The position numbers and the translations under genes were made by a program. A stretch of 63,064 nt of DNA, counting the filler, from Asterionella formosa (taxonomy: Eukaryota): assembly GCA_002256025.1 (NCBI GenBank). It is 13 parts of 13 records of this genome, joined end to end, with 100 filler letters (N's around TTAATTAATTAA, not from the genome) between each part and the next. Parts side by side here need not be neighbours in the genome. Positions count along the whole stretch, not along the records: positions 19,461 to 24,230 come from NKIB01013377.1; positions 24,331 to 29,093 come from NKIB01013378.1; positions 29,194 to 33,954 come from NKIB01013379.1; positions 34,055 to 38,809 come from NKIB01013381.1; 9 more parts are not named here. The stretch is one strand, 5' to 3'. This document shows, in pieces, positions 22,661 through 34,352 of this stretch. The notes below the pieces were generated by a model. The model was not told where the DNA came from. It saw nothing but the letters and a program-made list of their open reading frames with translations, and searched no databases. Numbering within the stretch: position 1 is the stretch's first letter; each line of letters starts with the position of its first letter.

Positions 22661-24226
22661 TTAGGGATGATCATTTACATTACGATGTGATGGCCAAACA
22701 ATCTTGTTTTGTTTCCATAAAATATCAAAATGTTCAATGAGTTTACTCTTGAAGAACTGTAAACTTAAATGCCGAAGCACTCGAACTGTATCAACATTCT
22801 TTGTTAGCACTTCAATATTGAAGTTGTCATTTGGATCTGGCACTAAATTGCGAGTTGCATCAGGAATTTGTCCATCACCATCATTACCAGGACCCATTCC
22901 AGAGGTATCAATTGTTCGCAAACTGGCTAATCCAAGTACTGCTGGTCTTGCAACTGCATTTAGCCTTTGAATAGCAAAAGGTGCTTCAGCTCCATTTAAT
23001 TGGCCTAATGGTCCTTCCCAGTCACTTAAAAAACCATTTTGCCATTGCAGGTCTAAGCCATCAATATCAAGTAACATGATATGAACTGCACAACATGTTA
23101 GCCAGACTTTGTCAGGTTCTGTTACTCCATGTATTCGGATGCCTGATTTTAAAATCCGCCAGCGTCCCTTGAGTATTCCAAAGGTACATTCCACATCTTT
23201 TCTAAGTGACTCCAGCCATTCAGACCATCTATTTAGATATCCATTGTCAACTATCAAAAAGCATCCACTATACCTTATGGATACAACTGCTCCATTCCGA
23301 TCTTTTTCTTTAAGCTCAAACTCCACATCTTTTAAGGCATCTGCACCATTCTGGATGCCTCGAGCAAAAGTATCAAAGTTGATTAATGTTTTATCATTCC
23401 ATCGACAAGGATGCCCCGTGGTACTAGACAGGATCCTCCGGCAATGATTCACAGTAGCATTATAAGTCCTGGCTGTACAAGGAAGTTTTGATGATATATG
23501 CTGGTCTCGAAGCCGATTGAAGCAGCGCTTTATTGACACATGTGTAGCATCTGTTGACCCAAGACGGCCAGGGAAACCTGCCTGTGTCATTTCAAACATG
23601 TGATGCTCTGCTTCCAATGGGTTTGTTGGAGTTCTAACATATTTTTTGTAAAGGATGGTACTTCCAACTTCAATAAAGGCATGGAAGAATTGCCTGTGGG
23701 TCTCTTGACTGATACCAATATTCTCCTCAATGTCATCAAAAGTCCATCCTCTCCCAAGGTACCTGAATGCTCCTAAAACCATAAGTTCAAGGGGTGATGA
23801 TGCCCTTCCTGTTGCATCAGGTCGAGTCCAGCGAGGAAACCAATTTGAATCTCTAGCATCAACAACAAATTGGAGGAACTGGTTGTGTGGTAGTCGAAAT
23901 CTGCGGCGGAATTTCTTTTGAAATGACAATGATTCAACTGCTGGTCTGGAAATGTATAGTATATACCAGTTTGACATCACAGGAGTTATCATTTGAATTA
24001 GCCCTTTGTCATTGATGTATTCACAGACCTTGTTCTTTCCTCTCACTCTAACTCTTGGGGGTAGAGGCACATTGTTAAGACTTTGTATTTCTGGAGTGGG
24101 CACGAGTAGAGTTCTTCCGAAATCAGACAAAAACTGAAGATACTGGAAGTATTTCTCTGGTTCTACCTCACCATTAGCATCTAGACGTTGTACAATGTTA
24201 TGTGGGCGATGGTCACATGAATCCAT
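22661..24226 (-). CDS. PIF/Harbinger-type DDE transposase (Plant_tran/DDE_Tnp_4-like)
   Basis: FRRRFRLP, LRYLGRGW-like AFRYLGRGWTFDD, GSTDATH, WNDKT, IVDNGY and RKDVECTFGILKGRWRIL. The segment after DNGYL looks shortened, possibly an in-frame deletion. Confidence 0.88.
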   Translation of the reverse strand: MDSCDHRPHNIVQRLDANGEVEPEKYFQYLQFLSDFGRTLLVPTPEIQSLNNVPLPPRVRVRGKNKVCEYINDKGLIQMITPVMSNWYILYISRPAVESLSFQKKFRRRFRLPHNQFLQFVVDARDSNWFPRWTRPDATGRASSPLELMVLGAFRYLGRGWTFDDIEENIGISQETHRQFFHAFIEVGSTILYKKYVRTPTNPLEAEHHMFEMTQAGFPGRLGSTDATHVSIKRCFNRLRDQHISSKLPCTARTYNATVNHCRRILSSTTGHPCRWNDKTLINFDTFARGIQNGADALKDVEFELKEKDRNGAVVSIRYSGCFLIVDNGYLNRWSEWLESLRKDVECTFGILKGRWRILKSGIRIHGVTEPDKVWLTCCAVHIMLLDIDGLDLQWQNGFLSDWEGPLGQLNGAEAPFAIQRLNAVARPAVLGLASLRTIDTSGMGPGNDGDGQIPDATRNLVPDPNDNFNIEVLTKNVDTVRVLRHLSLQFFKSKLIEHFDILWKQNKIVWPSHRNVNDHP

Positions 24227-24332
24227 GTGTNNNNNNNNNNNNNNNNNNNNNNNNNNNNNNNNNNNNNNNNNNNNTTAATTAATTAANNNNNNNNNNNNNN
24301 NNNNNNNNNNNNNNNNNNNNNNNNNNNNNNTC

Positions 24333-25646
24333 TTGAACAACATTGGCCGCATCCACTATCTTCGCACCGAATATGACGATGCTCTCAAGGTTTACAAAGA
24401 AGCACTTTTCATTCGCAGAAGTACCCTTGGAGAGAACCATATTGACGTCGCAGCCACCATTTATAACACCGGCCAGACCCATCACCAACGTGGAGAGCTT
24501 GATGACGCCATGAAATTGTACAAGGAATTCCTTGTCCTTGCCACAATCCGACTTGGAAGTGAGCACAGAGACATGGCTATCATGTACAAGTGTATTGGTC
24601 AAATCCACCAAGAGCGCAGTGAATTCGACGATGCAAAGACTATGTTCGAAAAAGCTTTGACTACCGGCCGCGCGGCTCTCGGAGAACATCATCCTGAGGT
24701 TGCATCCACCTTGAACAAGATCGGTAATTTGTCATATGAGATGGGTGACTTGGAATCTGCTATGAATTACTACAATGAAGGTCTGAAGGTCGAACGCTCG
24801 GTTCTTGACAAAGATCATCCTCACATTATGGTGACATTGACTAACATTGCTCAAATCCACAAGCAACGTGGAGACTTCAGCACTGCTATTAGAACTTACC
24901 GCGAAGTTCATGCTATGCAGCTACGTGCTTATGGGCCCAACCATATTGATGTTGCGGCTACCTTGAGTAGCTTGGGATTAATGCAATACCAGATTAAAAA
25001 TTACCATTCTTCCTTTGAATTATACCAGGACGCTCTTCGTATCCGCAGGGATCTCCTTGGGGAAGATCACACCGATGTTGCTTCCACCCTGAACTCCATC
25101 GGTCTTGTTCTCTTCAAGCAAGAACTTTTTGAGGTGGCTAAGCAGTGCTTCATGGAGAGTCTCCGAATCAGATGTAAGATCCTTGGACCTAACCACCGCG
25201 ATGTCGCCATTTTGTGGTACAATATTGCCACTATCTTCTTGGAAATTGGTGAAGATGAAGAGGCCGTAAAATATTATCGTGAAACCCTTCGTGTCGAACG
25301 TCAGGCACTTGGACGTGATCACCACGACGTCGTCCTCACGTTACAGCACATGGGTCAAGTCCACCAACAACGGGGAGAGCTCGACGAGGCGCTGTCTTAT
25401 TTCCGTGAAGCTCTTACCATCGAAAGAAAGAAGCGAGGTAACGACGATGTAGCTGTCGCTAAGGTCTTGAACCTAATTGGAAACATTCATTTGCAACGAG
25501 CTGAGGTGGAGGAACTTATGGCTTGTTACTCTGAAGCCAGTAGAATATACAAAAAGAACGATCGTCAAGATGATGCGCTTGTTATTGCTGGGTTCAACTT
25601 CTATGCTTTGTCGAAGTTTCATCCTGAATGCGCTTCACTGGCATAA
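24333..25646 (+). CDS. TPR-repeat protein (kinesin-light-chain-like 42-aa TPRs), 5'-truncated
   Basis: Repeated LGxxHxDVAxTLNxIG units. Confidence 0.9.
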   Translation: MNNIGRIHYLRTEYDDALKVYKEALFIRRSTLGENHIDVAATIYNTGQTHHQRGELDDAMKLYKEFLVLATIRLGSEHRDMAIMYKCIGQIHQERSEFDDAKTMFEKALTTGRAALGEHHPEVASTLNKIGNLSYEMGDLESAMNYYNEGLKVERSVLDKDHPHIMVTLTNIAQIHKQRGDFSTAIRTYREVHAMQLRAYGPNHIDVAATLSSLGLMQYQIKNYHSSFELYQDALRIRRDLLGEDHTDVASTLNSIGLVLFKQELFEVAKQCFMESLRIRCKILGPNHRDVAILWYNIATIFLEIGEDEEAVKYYRETLRVERQALGRDHHDVVLTLQHMGQVHQQRGELDEALSYFREALTIERKKRGNDDVAVAKVLNLIGNIHLQRAEVEELMACYSEASRIYKKNDRQDDALVIAGFNFYALSKFHPECASLA

Positions 25647-25785
25647 TAAATTTTTTATCGCAAAAACAAAGACTTGTTGATGTAAACTAGTCGTACCGTA
25701 AGAATAGAGCGACAAGAATAAATTAATTTGTTCATTAGATATCCACAGTCTATCTGATTAGCATTCGACCTCAATCTTATTAAAA

Positions 25786-27042
25786 TCATTCTCCTTCCAG
25801 ATCTCGAACAAGCTCGTCACGATGCATCACTCGCATTCGAGGAGCGAATGCCATTACCAAACCGTCTTCTACCCTTCCTTCGAATAACTTCGAGATACCA
25901 TACTCTGAGTGCTTGCATCGATGATCTGTCACTCGATCTTGGGGATAGTTGTAAGTGCGAATGCGCTCACTCCGATCGCCACCTCCCATTAGACCCTTGC
26001 GTTCTTCACCTCTTTCTTTAATGGCCTCTGCTTGCTGTCTGTCCCTCACCCTAGCTGCGACTAGCTTGAGAGCTTTCTCTCTGTTCCTATGTTGACTTCT
26101 TTCGTCCTGTATGGCTGCAGTAATTCCGGTAGGTATGTGAGTAATCCGAACGGCACTCTCGGTGGTGTTTACACTCTGTCCTCCATTTCCGGATGATCTC
26201 ATAGTTTCAATTCTTAATTCTGAGCTTGGAAGCAGCTCCCCGTGGTTTGTGCTTTCAGGCAAGGATGGCAAAACTGCGACCGAACAGGCGCTTGTCTGTA
26301 ATTTAATATCATTGATGGGGACTCGCTGCACTCGATGCACTCCACTCTCAAATTTGAAGAAACCGTAAGGACCAAAGCCAGCGAGCAAGTTGGTTGAATA
26401 GTCGTCACCGTCATCGTTTATGCCAGATCCATAGGAACCACTGCTAGAAACAGCCAGCGAAGCTTCCTTTAATCCTCCCAATTCAGTCTTTGTTTCGGTC
26501 AGAATTTCTGTCTTGAATCCCAAAGCCCTAGCCGAGTTCGTGTACATTTCCACAATCGCAGCACTGAAAAGAGCTGCTTCGTCGCCTCCAGATCCTGCTC
26601 TAACTTCAATGATTGCATCAGATCCGTAATCTTCTTCGTCCTTAGGTAGGACCGCTTCCAAAATGCGTTTCTCAACTTTCGATCTCACTTCCTCCAGTCT
26701 CTTCATCTCTCCAATGCACTCCTGTTCCAACTCCCGGTCTCCAGTACTTGAAGCCTCAGCTAGCAATTCCTGGAACGATTGCTCTTCCTTGTCTAAAACT
26801 TCAAGCTTATCTCTCAGTCGAGAAACTGGTATCAGCAAACCGAATTCTTTTCCAAGAGAAGATCCCTCGCCCGAGTTCATTAATTCGTTGATTTTGTCAT
26901 GTCGTTCGCAAATTGCATCAACTCGTTTTTTGATGGCGTCGGAAAGTATGTTTCGACGTTGGAAGAATACTCGATCTAGACGCAAGAAACATTGCAATCG
27001 AAGGATGGTGGATGTTGTTGTCTGTCTTGACAGTGATATCAT
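25786..27042 (-). CDS. prfA: Organellar (probably mitochondrial) peptide chain release factor 1
   Basis: IEVRAGSGGDEA, FESGVHRVQRVP, SSGNGGQSVNTTESAVRITHIPTG and RSERIRTYNYPQDRVTDHR. The N-terminus is Arg/Ser/Thr-rich like a presequence. Confidence 0.93.
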   Translation of the reverse strand: MISLSRQTTTSTILRLQCFLRLDRVFFQRRNILSDAIKKRVDAICERHDKINELMNSGEGSSLGKEFGLLIPVSRLRDKLEVLDKEEQSFQELLAEASSTGDRELEQECIGEMKRLEEVRSKVEKRILEAVLPKDEEDYGSDAIIEVRAGSGGDEAALFSAAIVEMYTNSARALGFKTEILTETKTELGGLKEASLAVSSSGSYGSGINDDGDDYSTNLLAGFGPYGFFKFESGVHRVQRVPINDIKLQTSACSVAVLPSLPESTNHGELLPSSELRIETMRSSGNGGQSVNTTESAVRITHIPTGITAAIQDERSQHRNREKALKLVAARVRDRQQAEAIKERGEERKGLMGGGDRSERIRTYNYPQDRVTDHRCKHSEYGISKLFEGRVEDGLVMAFAPRMRVMHRDELVRDLEGE

Positions 27043-28094
27043 TGTTTGGTTTGAGGTCGTGGGATCAACAGATCAGTGCTTCAAAAAATTGTGTACCAGG
27101 TACCTACTCTCCTCTCCCTGCTCTATGTACCGGTATGCATTTTCCTGTGCTGTGGCTCATGATAAATGTGTAAATATCCATTTACCGGTAGTATCAGGTA
27201 CCAGTACCTGGTACCATACTACCGGCATACCGGTACAAGGGTATCAGGTACCGGTACCGGTTGCCTGGTAGTCTACCTGGTACCTGGTATATACATGCGA
27301 CAAACCCGATTTTGTGATCATCAAGGGGCCCGCTGGCTGGTGCGCGGCGGCTCAAGATTTTGTGTGCTGATGGTGTTGATTTTTTTATCCTTTTTTCTTT
27401 TATACTTTTGTCATTTCCAGGTATGTGTATATAGATGCCGGGGCACGTTCATCACATTTCGGCCTTTAGAATCGAGATTTGTATGCTAATCCCCAAAATG
27501 CCCTCCCAATTTTGAGAAAAAGAGAAATTGGGGGGTTCGTTCAGCATACCTTCATTTTGTAACTTCAGTCAAAGGTATAAAATTTCTGGTGAGCATTTCT
27601 TGAGCACCCTCCCTGTAACCACAGGATTCATCCCAGAAAATCCATACATTTGACAAAGTTACATTTTCATCAAAACAAGCTATCACACTGCATATGTCAT
27701 GAATCGAAATTCGGGCTATAGTGGTAGTATAACACTATGCAAATTAGTAAAAAGGCGGTCATCTATAATTTTCTCCTAAATACATTTAGACAATCACAAT
27801 GAAAACTCATAAAAGTTGAACACACCATGACATCATCATGCATTGTCCCCTGATGATGTTTGTACTGGACCAGCACATGGTTCCAACATTGCTTTGATAC
27901 TCCACTTAAGGTAAGTGGAGTATTGGGATCACAGAAAAATATCCTTTCGGCAGAGAAAGCTTGCATTGATTAAAGTCGGACTTTTGTTAGGAATTCACTT
28001 GTCAAGTTGGCAGATGTCAGTTGAAAACTGATTGACTGATTGCTGCCTGCTTGTTCTTGTTGATGCCAGAAACATCCACTAACTCTACACTCCA

Positions 28095-28410
28095 ACTATC
28101 CTTGAATCTCTGACAGGCAGACAGCTGCGTTTAGCTAAGATGCCGTGGAACGAGAATTGTTGAAATTTAAATTTTCGAAATGAGGAAGGGAAAAATATTT
28201 CACAGCCAACAAAAGTGGGCAGTCATGCAACCAGCTGTGTGACTGATGGCAGCTACTCAGGCAGGTGCTGGCTGCCAGCAAGCAAGGAAGCGTTAGGGTC
28301 TCCAGGATCTCCTTCATTTTAGAAGCGTTATAGAATTTATCTACAATATTCAAATGGATAATCAAAGGAGACGACGAGAACTGGCATCAGATTCAACAAT
28401 TGGCTAATCA
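28095..28410 (+). repeat. Dispersed repeat family D, second copy
   Basis: Collinear similarity to 6960-7260. Confidence 0.65.
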
Positions 28411-28959
28411 AACAATAATCAACCTAACAAACTCAGTGGAATGAAAAGCAATACTTAGATCTAATTGTCTAGCACTTGCAGTTACTATCAGAACCTTTTT
28501 CCATTCGTTGTGATAGTCGATCTTTTTGGTGGTGAAACCAACATCGTGGAGGCGATAGATGGGTTACTTTTACTTTTTAGACAAAAATGATGTTGGTCGA
28601 GGGGGGGGGGGCAAGCCTGTCTCATTGTTTCCACTTTTAATAATTTCGAATAATATTTTAGTATAGAAAGCAAGGGATGGATGAGCTAAATTAATTTGCA
28701 TCCTTTCAGAACGAGGCTTCTACTGCGCGTTCCAAGTAAGGAAATACCAGAGCAAATGTTTGTATCTGCACACGACAAGTGCTACATGTGTTAATAAAAT
28801 GCTGATGGCGACAGATATACTTACTGGTACTGCATGAAAGGCACTTCTCCATAATTGTCGAAATAGTATTTCTGTAGTCTTTCTGATGATAAAATAGGAT
28901 AGAACTGGTGATTACTGTATGTATTATATGTTATATGCATTTTTGCTTAGGTACCAGGT

Positions 28960-29075
28960 ACCATATTGATAAAATATATGGAATCCAACGAATCGAGAAT
29001 CAATATTCTTAGTAGTGATTAGAAACCAAGACCCAAAACATCTCGACATTTATTGACAAATGACTGGAGATGTTT
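28960..29075 (+). repeat. Dispersed repeat family E (inverted partner ~62030-62126)
   Basis: CCAyATTGATwAAATAT..AATCCAAC..ATCAATA..TAGTGATTAkAAACCAAGAC..TTATTGACAAA is present in both. Confidence 0.7.
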
Positions 29076-29193
29076 ACTTATTGACAAATGACTNNNNNNN
29101 NNNNNNNNNNNNNNNNNNNNNNNNNNNNNNNNNNNNNTTAATTAATTAANNNNNNNNNNNNNNNNNNNNNNNNNNNNNNNNNNNNNNNNNNNN

Positions 29194-29823
29194 ATATTGG
29201 ACCGAAATCTTCAGCATCAACATCCATTTCTACTTTCTCAATTGAAGTAGATGATGAACCTTTGTTTACCTGTTCCCTCAATCATCCAATTTTGGCAGAC
29301 AATATTCAATATCCTCTGGAATATTACTCAATACATGATAGACAATTGCTGGATATACAATTGATTCTCAATCAAACAACTCATCTCATTCTCAATCAAC
29401 AAACCAAACACATCTGTTAAATTTTCCCTCTATCAATTTTCATCATATACATTTCATGTATTTTGTAAAGAATCCAGGAGATACTTGACGTATTGTTATT
29501 CCTACATCACTATCGAATCCTATGGTACAGTTACTTTTCAACAAACTATGCATACAACGGAACGAATTAATATCCATTACATCAAACCTTTTCAAAGGTA
29601 AAAGGTTTTCCCTTGGTGTGGGAGAGTGAGCGATCTTGCGCATCAATACAGATGTATATAGGGTTAGTGTTATATCATATATGTATCAGAACTCAATAAT
29701 GAGAGAACTCGACTAACCCTCATTGTATACTTTGGTGTCGACTTGGAGAACGAGTTACACACAAGGATTAACAAATAAGCTCATATATTCAACAAATACT
29801 ACTACTTCTAGTTAGATACTTCA
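29194..29823 (+). mobile_element. 3' end of a Ty3/Gypsy element: deleted pol relic, PPT and 3' LTR (29627-29823)
   Basis: Relic peptides CSLNHP..YPLEY..RIVIPTSL and GTVTFQ..ERINIHYIKPF* (integrase C-terminus), then GGGAGAG PPT and a TG..CA LTR followed by CCAGG. Confidence 0.8.
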
Positions 29824-30392
29824 CCAGGTACCGGTAGTGGTAAAAGACCAGGTGACTAAATACCTACTCGGAGTACATAGTACCTCGTACACACCCCGGA
29901 GCACATCAGACGAGCATGCAAGTTCATCATTCCGCACCCCCAGGTACTAACTAGCGCACTTCCATCCTGCCTCGCTCTCCATCAGGCCCACCAGACCATT
30001 TTCAACAAGAATGAAAACCGGTACGGTACATGGGATTCTATCTACCGTACCTTGTACCGTAGTCTGCATACACGTACTAAATATACGGACGTATGGTGTT
30101 CATGCAATGACGTCAGCACATCATGGTCTACGCCAGCAACATCACGTAGACCAACCTGGTACCTGGTACCAGATAGTACAGTATCAGGCAGAGGCCACAT
30201 TTGTTTTTGTTCTTTTTCGAACAAAAAATATACCGGTATATCATGTCGTACCAGAAAAAAGGAATTCTGCATCTCCATCGTCGCAGTGGCTGTCGAAGTT
30301 CACTTCCCCTCTGAGTTGGCTGCTTGTACAAACCATCGCTCGCTTCCATATCTTGACCAATGAATAACTCGGAGAACTTCCAATGTCGAAGG

Positions 30393-32518
30393 ATGATGAG
30401 AATACAGCTAAAATTGCTGTTTTTCATTGCGATATGTACCTCGAATGTTTCGCCTTTCTTCTTGCCATCATTGCCCTTGACAAACCAGGAAAAGCTGTTC
30501 GCTTCATGGCGACTCAACGCGGCATTGAAAGAAAGGGAAGGATCAAACCTTTGGCAGAATTCTCTGTTTCGCTCAGCCTGCTCGTCGCTAGCCATTCTTT
30601 CCCTCGCCTTTTCTCTCGCGGCTCCTCCTGCTTTTGCGGATGAAACATTCGGCTCCACTGCTCGTCGCTATTGGAATATAATGCAGGACGGACCAAGGGA
30701 AGAAAGAATAATTGCCAATGAAGCTCTATTGGATCACGCGATCGGTACTATTAACACCATGTACTATGATAATAGTGGCGGCGTTTCTTTCCAACCACGG
30801 GATTTCTACAACATGTGGCGAGAAGTTCGCGACACCCTTCGTTACGGGCAATCGAAATACACTACTAAAGAGGACATACCATTGGCTATCAACATGGAGA
30901 CTAGGGAAGGTGCTGTGAAGACAATTAAATACATGCTCTCTACCCTAAACGATCCATTTTCGTCCTATCTGACGCGTGAGGAATTGAGGCAAGAATTGCA
31001 CACCGGAAGTGATGGATTCCTTGGACTTGGCATAATTGTCGAAGCTCCAAATCGAGCGCAAGTACCACTACCTATCATGACAACACTACCAGTTCAAAAC
31101 AAGAATTTACTTTCCAACACAAGAGCAGCCAATCTACCGATTGTAAGTGCAGTGGCCCCTGATTCTCCGGCCGAACGAGCTGGACTTACCGTTGGTGATC
31201 GAATCGTTGCTGTTGGAACGGATAACTTTATCGGGTTTACAGTAGAAAGCGTAGCCAAGATCCTAGAAACACGATACTCAGCTGCGAATTATGCTGGGTA
31301 TCCAGACTTGACTGTAGCCAAACCTGTTTGGGCTTCCGTTGTCGATCGGTCGCGAGATGTTGTGGTGGGCTATCGTACGTCCCGCGTGAGATTGCCTACC
31401 ATGTCGTTGGCACCGTTCCGATTACATCATCAAGTCAAAGGCGATTCCATCGTTCATTACGAGCTCCTCACAGCAACTGATTCGATTCTGGATCAGTCTT
31501 CAAGTCGAGTTGGATACATTAGATTGACCAGATTCTCGCGCGCCGCGACTACTGGATTTATAAAGGCGATTCAAGAGTTAGACGAAGCTGGTGCTCAGTC
31601 ATATATTATTGATATCCGAAATAACTACGGTGGCGTCATTCAAGAAGCAATGTTAACAGCATCGACGCTACTGCGGGATCCACATGCAGTTCTTTGCTAC
31701 ACCATGAATTCGAGAGGTGGTTTTACTCCCCACGACGCCGAAGAGTACATTGTAGACTCTCGCTATCCAGGGTATCTCCTGTCCAAAGAACCAATTACTG
31801 CAGCGTGGAATCAAGTAAGACGAGAATCTCCGGGAATGTTTCAAGGTCGCGACACCAATTGGGTTCCGCCCTCGTCATTTGCAAGTCTGCACGAGCAAAG
31901 GACAAAGCGAGGTATCAAAATTGGTGGCGAGATGCGAGAGGTCAGTTATCAAATCAAGTTACAAAAAAAGTTGATTCTCCTTGTAAACGAAGGAACTGCA
32001 TCGTCTGCGGAAGTTTTCGCATCGTCGCTTCATGACAATGGTCGGACTGTCGCCTTAGTCGGAACAAAAACATATGGAAAGGGGTTGATTCAGCACACTT
32101 TTCCGATGCCCGATGGCGGTGGGCTGCGACTGACAGTTGCAGAATATTTAACTCCATCTCTTAAGCATGTGACAAACGTTGGCAGTGCCCGCTTTGATCG
32201 CGAAACTGGCGAGTTTGTTGGTGGGGGCATTCGTCCTGATATCTTGTGCGATAGCAAACAAGGAATTCCCAGCAACGCCGGAGCTGATCTTTGCGTAGGG
32301 GTTGCTTTGGATGCTCTAGAAGGCGCAGATTTTGATGAAGAGTACCGTGCTATATTGAAACGGGAAGGGGGGACTAATGGCGGGTCCGGAACTCGACGAG
32401 CCATCGTTTCAGGCATAGTCAAGGTAAGGTCGGAAATGATGTGTTGATTTTGATGTGAAATTTATGAATAGCTATGCCAGCATAATGCCAACACCTTAAT
32501 TTCCAGGATTCCTTTTAA
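30393..32518 (+). CDS. ctpA: C-terminal processing peptidase (S41, CtpA-like), predicted thylakoid lumen; intron 32424-32506
   Basis: LNDPFSSYL, PDZ (DSPAERAGL..GDRIVAV), GYIRLTRF, DIRNNYGG, NEGTASSAE and TYGKGLIQ. Signal peptide plus a second hydrophobic segment ending in AFA. Confidence 0.9.
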
Positions 32519-34352
32519 ATCGCCAGGCTAAAACGCCTCCTAATACATAATGACAATGAGAGGATAGTAACTGATTGTGGAAAATAGAGAGACAGATGCG
32601 TGATGCAACTATGGCATCTTAAAGTTATACAAGAACTCTCCATAACGACTTCTTTAGATCCATTCCTTTCGGTCATCTATTTTATCCAAAAAAAATCTAC
32701 ACACCTATCCAGGATGCTGGTACCCTGGAAGGCCCCAGGTGCGGAGAATCTGGTTACGCTTCTTTGTGGAGATCTGAACATCAGGGCAAGTGACAAGAAA
32801 AGAATAGGCCACACCAGCTACGAGGCAGACAGCAGTCCCCATGACGACGAACAAGGGATAAGTGGAAGGATCACTGAACCAGACTTTTTTTGCGCTGAAC
32901 TCGGCATTCTTGGTCTGAATAATAGTTGAGTAAGGTATGGATCCATGTTAGCATTTGTGAATAGATGCGATGACAATAACCGCACACGACATTCATTTGC
33001 ATACCAAAAAGGTGGTGGAGACAGTAGAGCTCGTTTGCATGTGACGCTGAGCAACGTTTCTGAAAAATTGCCAAAACGAATTGTCAGTAATTAAAAGATT
33101 GATAATGAACAAGGCGAAGGCACGACGACACGGTCCGAAACTGCTTTTCCAAACTATCAAAAAAACTTACAGCAGGGGGCGTCGGAGCACTGGATTGATC
33201 ATGGTTGGAGCAATAAATCGTTGAAAAACGGCCTGCAAGTGTACCCAACAAAAGTGAAAGAACAATTGTAAAACAATTATCACGATCAACGTGCAGAGTA
33301 TCAATCATCATAAATGGATTTATTTCAAGAGATAGTTTCAACTTGACACCAAAGAACCCCGATATGACGAACCACCATGTGTACCGGTATGTACTTGGTC
33401 CCTTTCACCCTGTTCCTGATGCAATAGGTACCTGCCATAGGACTCTGTACATGTTATACCAACCTTCATAAATCAGCAGATGGCTTTGGTGCAGCTCGTC
33501 ATTTTCTTCGATAACCATTTATGGATATATAAATGCACTTTATTTCACAGAACCACAATTCTGGAAGAACTCCCAGCAATTCCCGCTCCAGCTATCGTCT
33601 TGCCATTCGGGTACTTCTAAGTAATTTTTAGTCTCTAAGTAATTTCTTAAGTAATTTTTATTTAAGGGCAATATGGGGCACATCGAATTTTTCGGCAATA
33701 AAATTGCCGATTTTAGCATGATAACCAAAATAACGGTAATATGCATGGAGATGGTACAACAAGCGTAAAACACACGAGAATGATTGTAACATGCAACATC
33801 AATGAAAATTGAACATGATGTTTGGAGCAACCAAAGTATGAAATGCGATGTAATAAGTAGCATCAAATGAGAAATAGAAAAAATTGTTTTGGGTTAGAAA
33901 TGAAATAAAAAATAAGAGTTCCAATGGAGATGTATGCATTGTGAATCATTGTAGNNNNNNNNNNNNNNNNNNNNNNNNNNNNNNNNNNNNNNNNNNNNTT
34001 AATTAATTAANNNNNNNNNNNNNNNNNNNNNNNNNNNNNNNNNNNNNNNNNNNNGGTAGAACAGGCTGACAGCTTCATACACGAACATTAACCATCAGAA
34101 GCATCGCTCACCATAATACCGGTACGCAAATATCTACAACTCATCATAACCACACATATATTAATAAAACAATGTTATATCATGTATGTTGTAGAATGAC
34201 TATTATTATATATTTTTATTTTATCGTTATTGGTATTTTCTCTTCTCACATCATCTCATCTCAGATTTAATAAATACAGACATATTATTGTCAAGTTGTC
34301 GCTTACCACCAGCATAGCAGCAGTATCATCATAAGCCATCATTGTGTTCAAG

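Larger units (their letters stand above)
19461..24230. mobile_element. Interior of a three-gene PIF/Harbinger element (decayed copy filling the whole contig)
   Basis: Accessory ORF (+), dioxygenase-like cargo (-) and Harbinger-type transposase (-) all lie in one contig. Confidence 0.75.

Noticed and set aside
26663..27271. Antisense ORFs over RF1, XPO1, CtpA, MFS and the transposase
   Set aside because: Shadow frames of real genes with no recognisable motifs.
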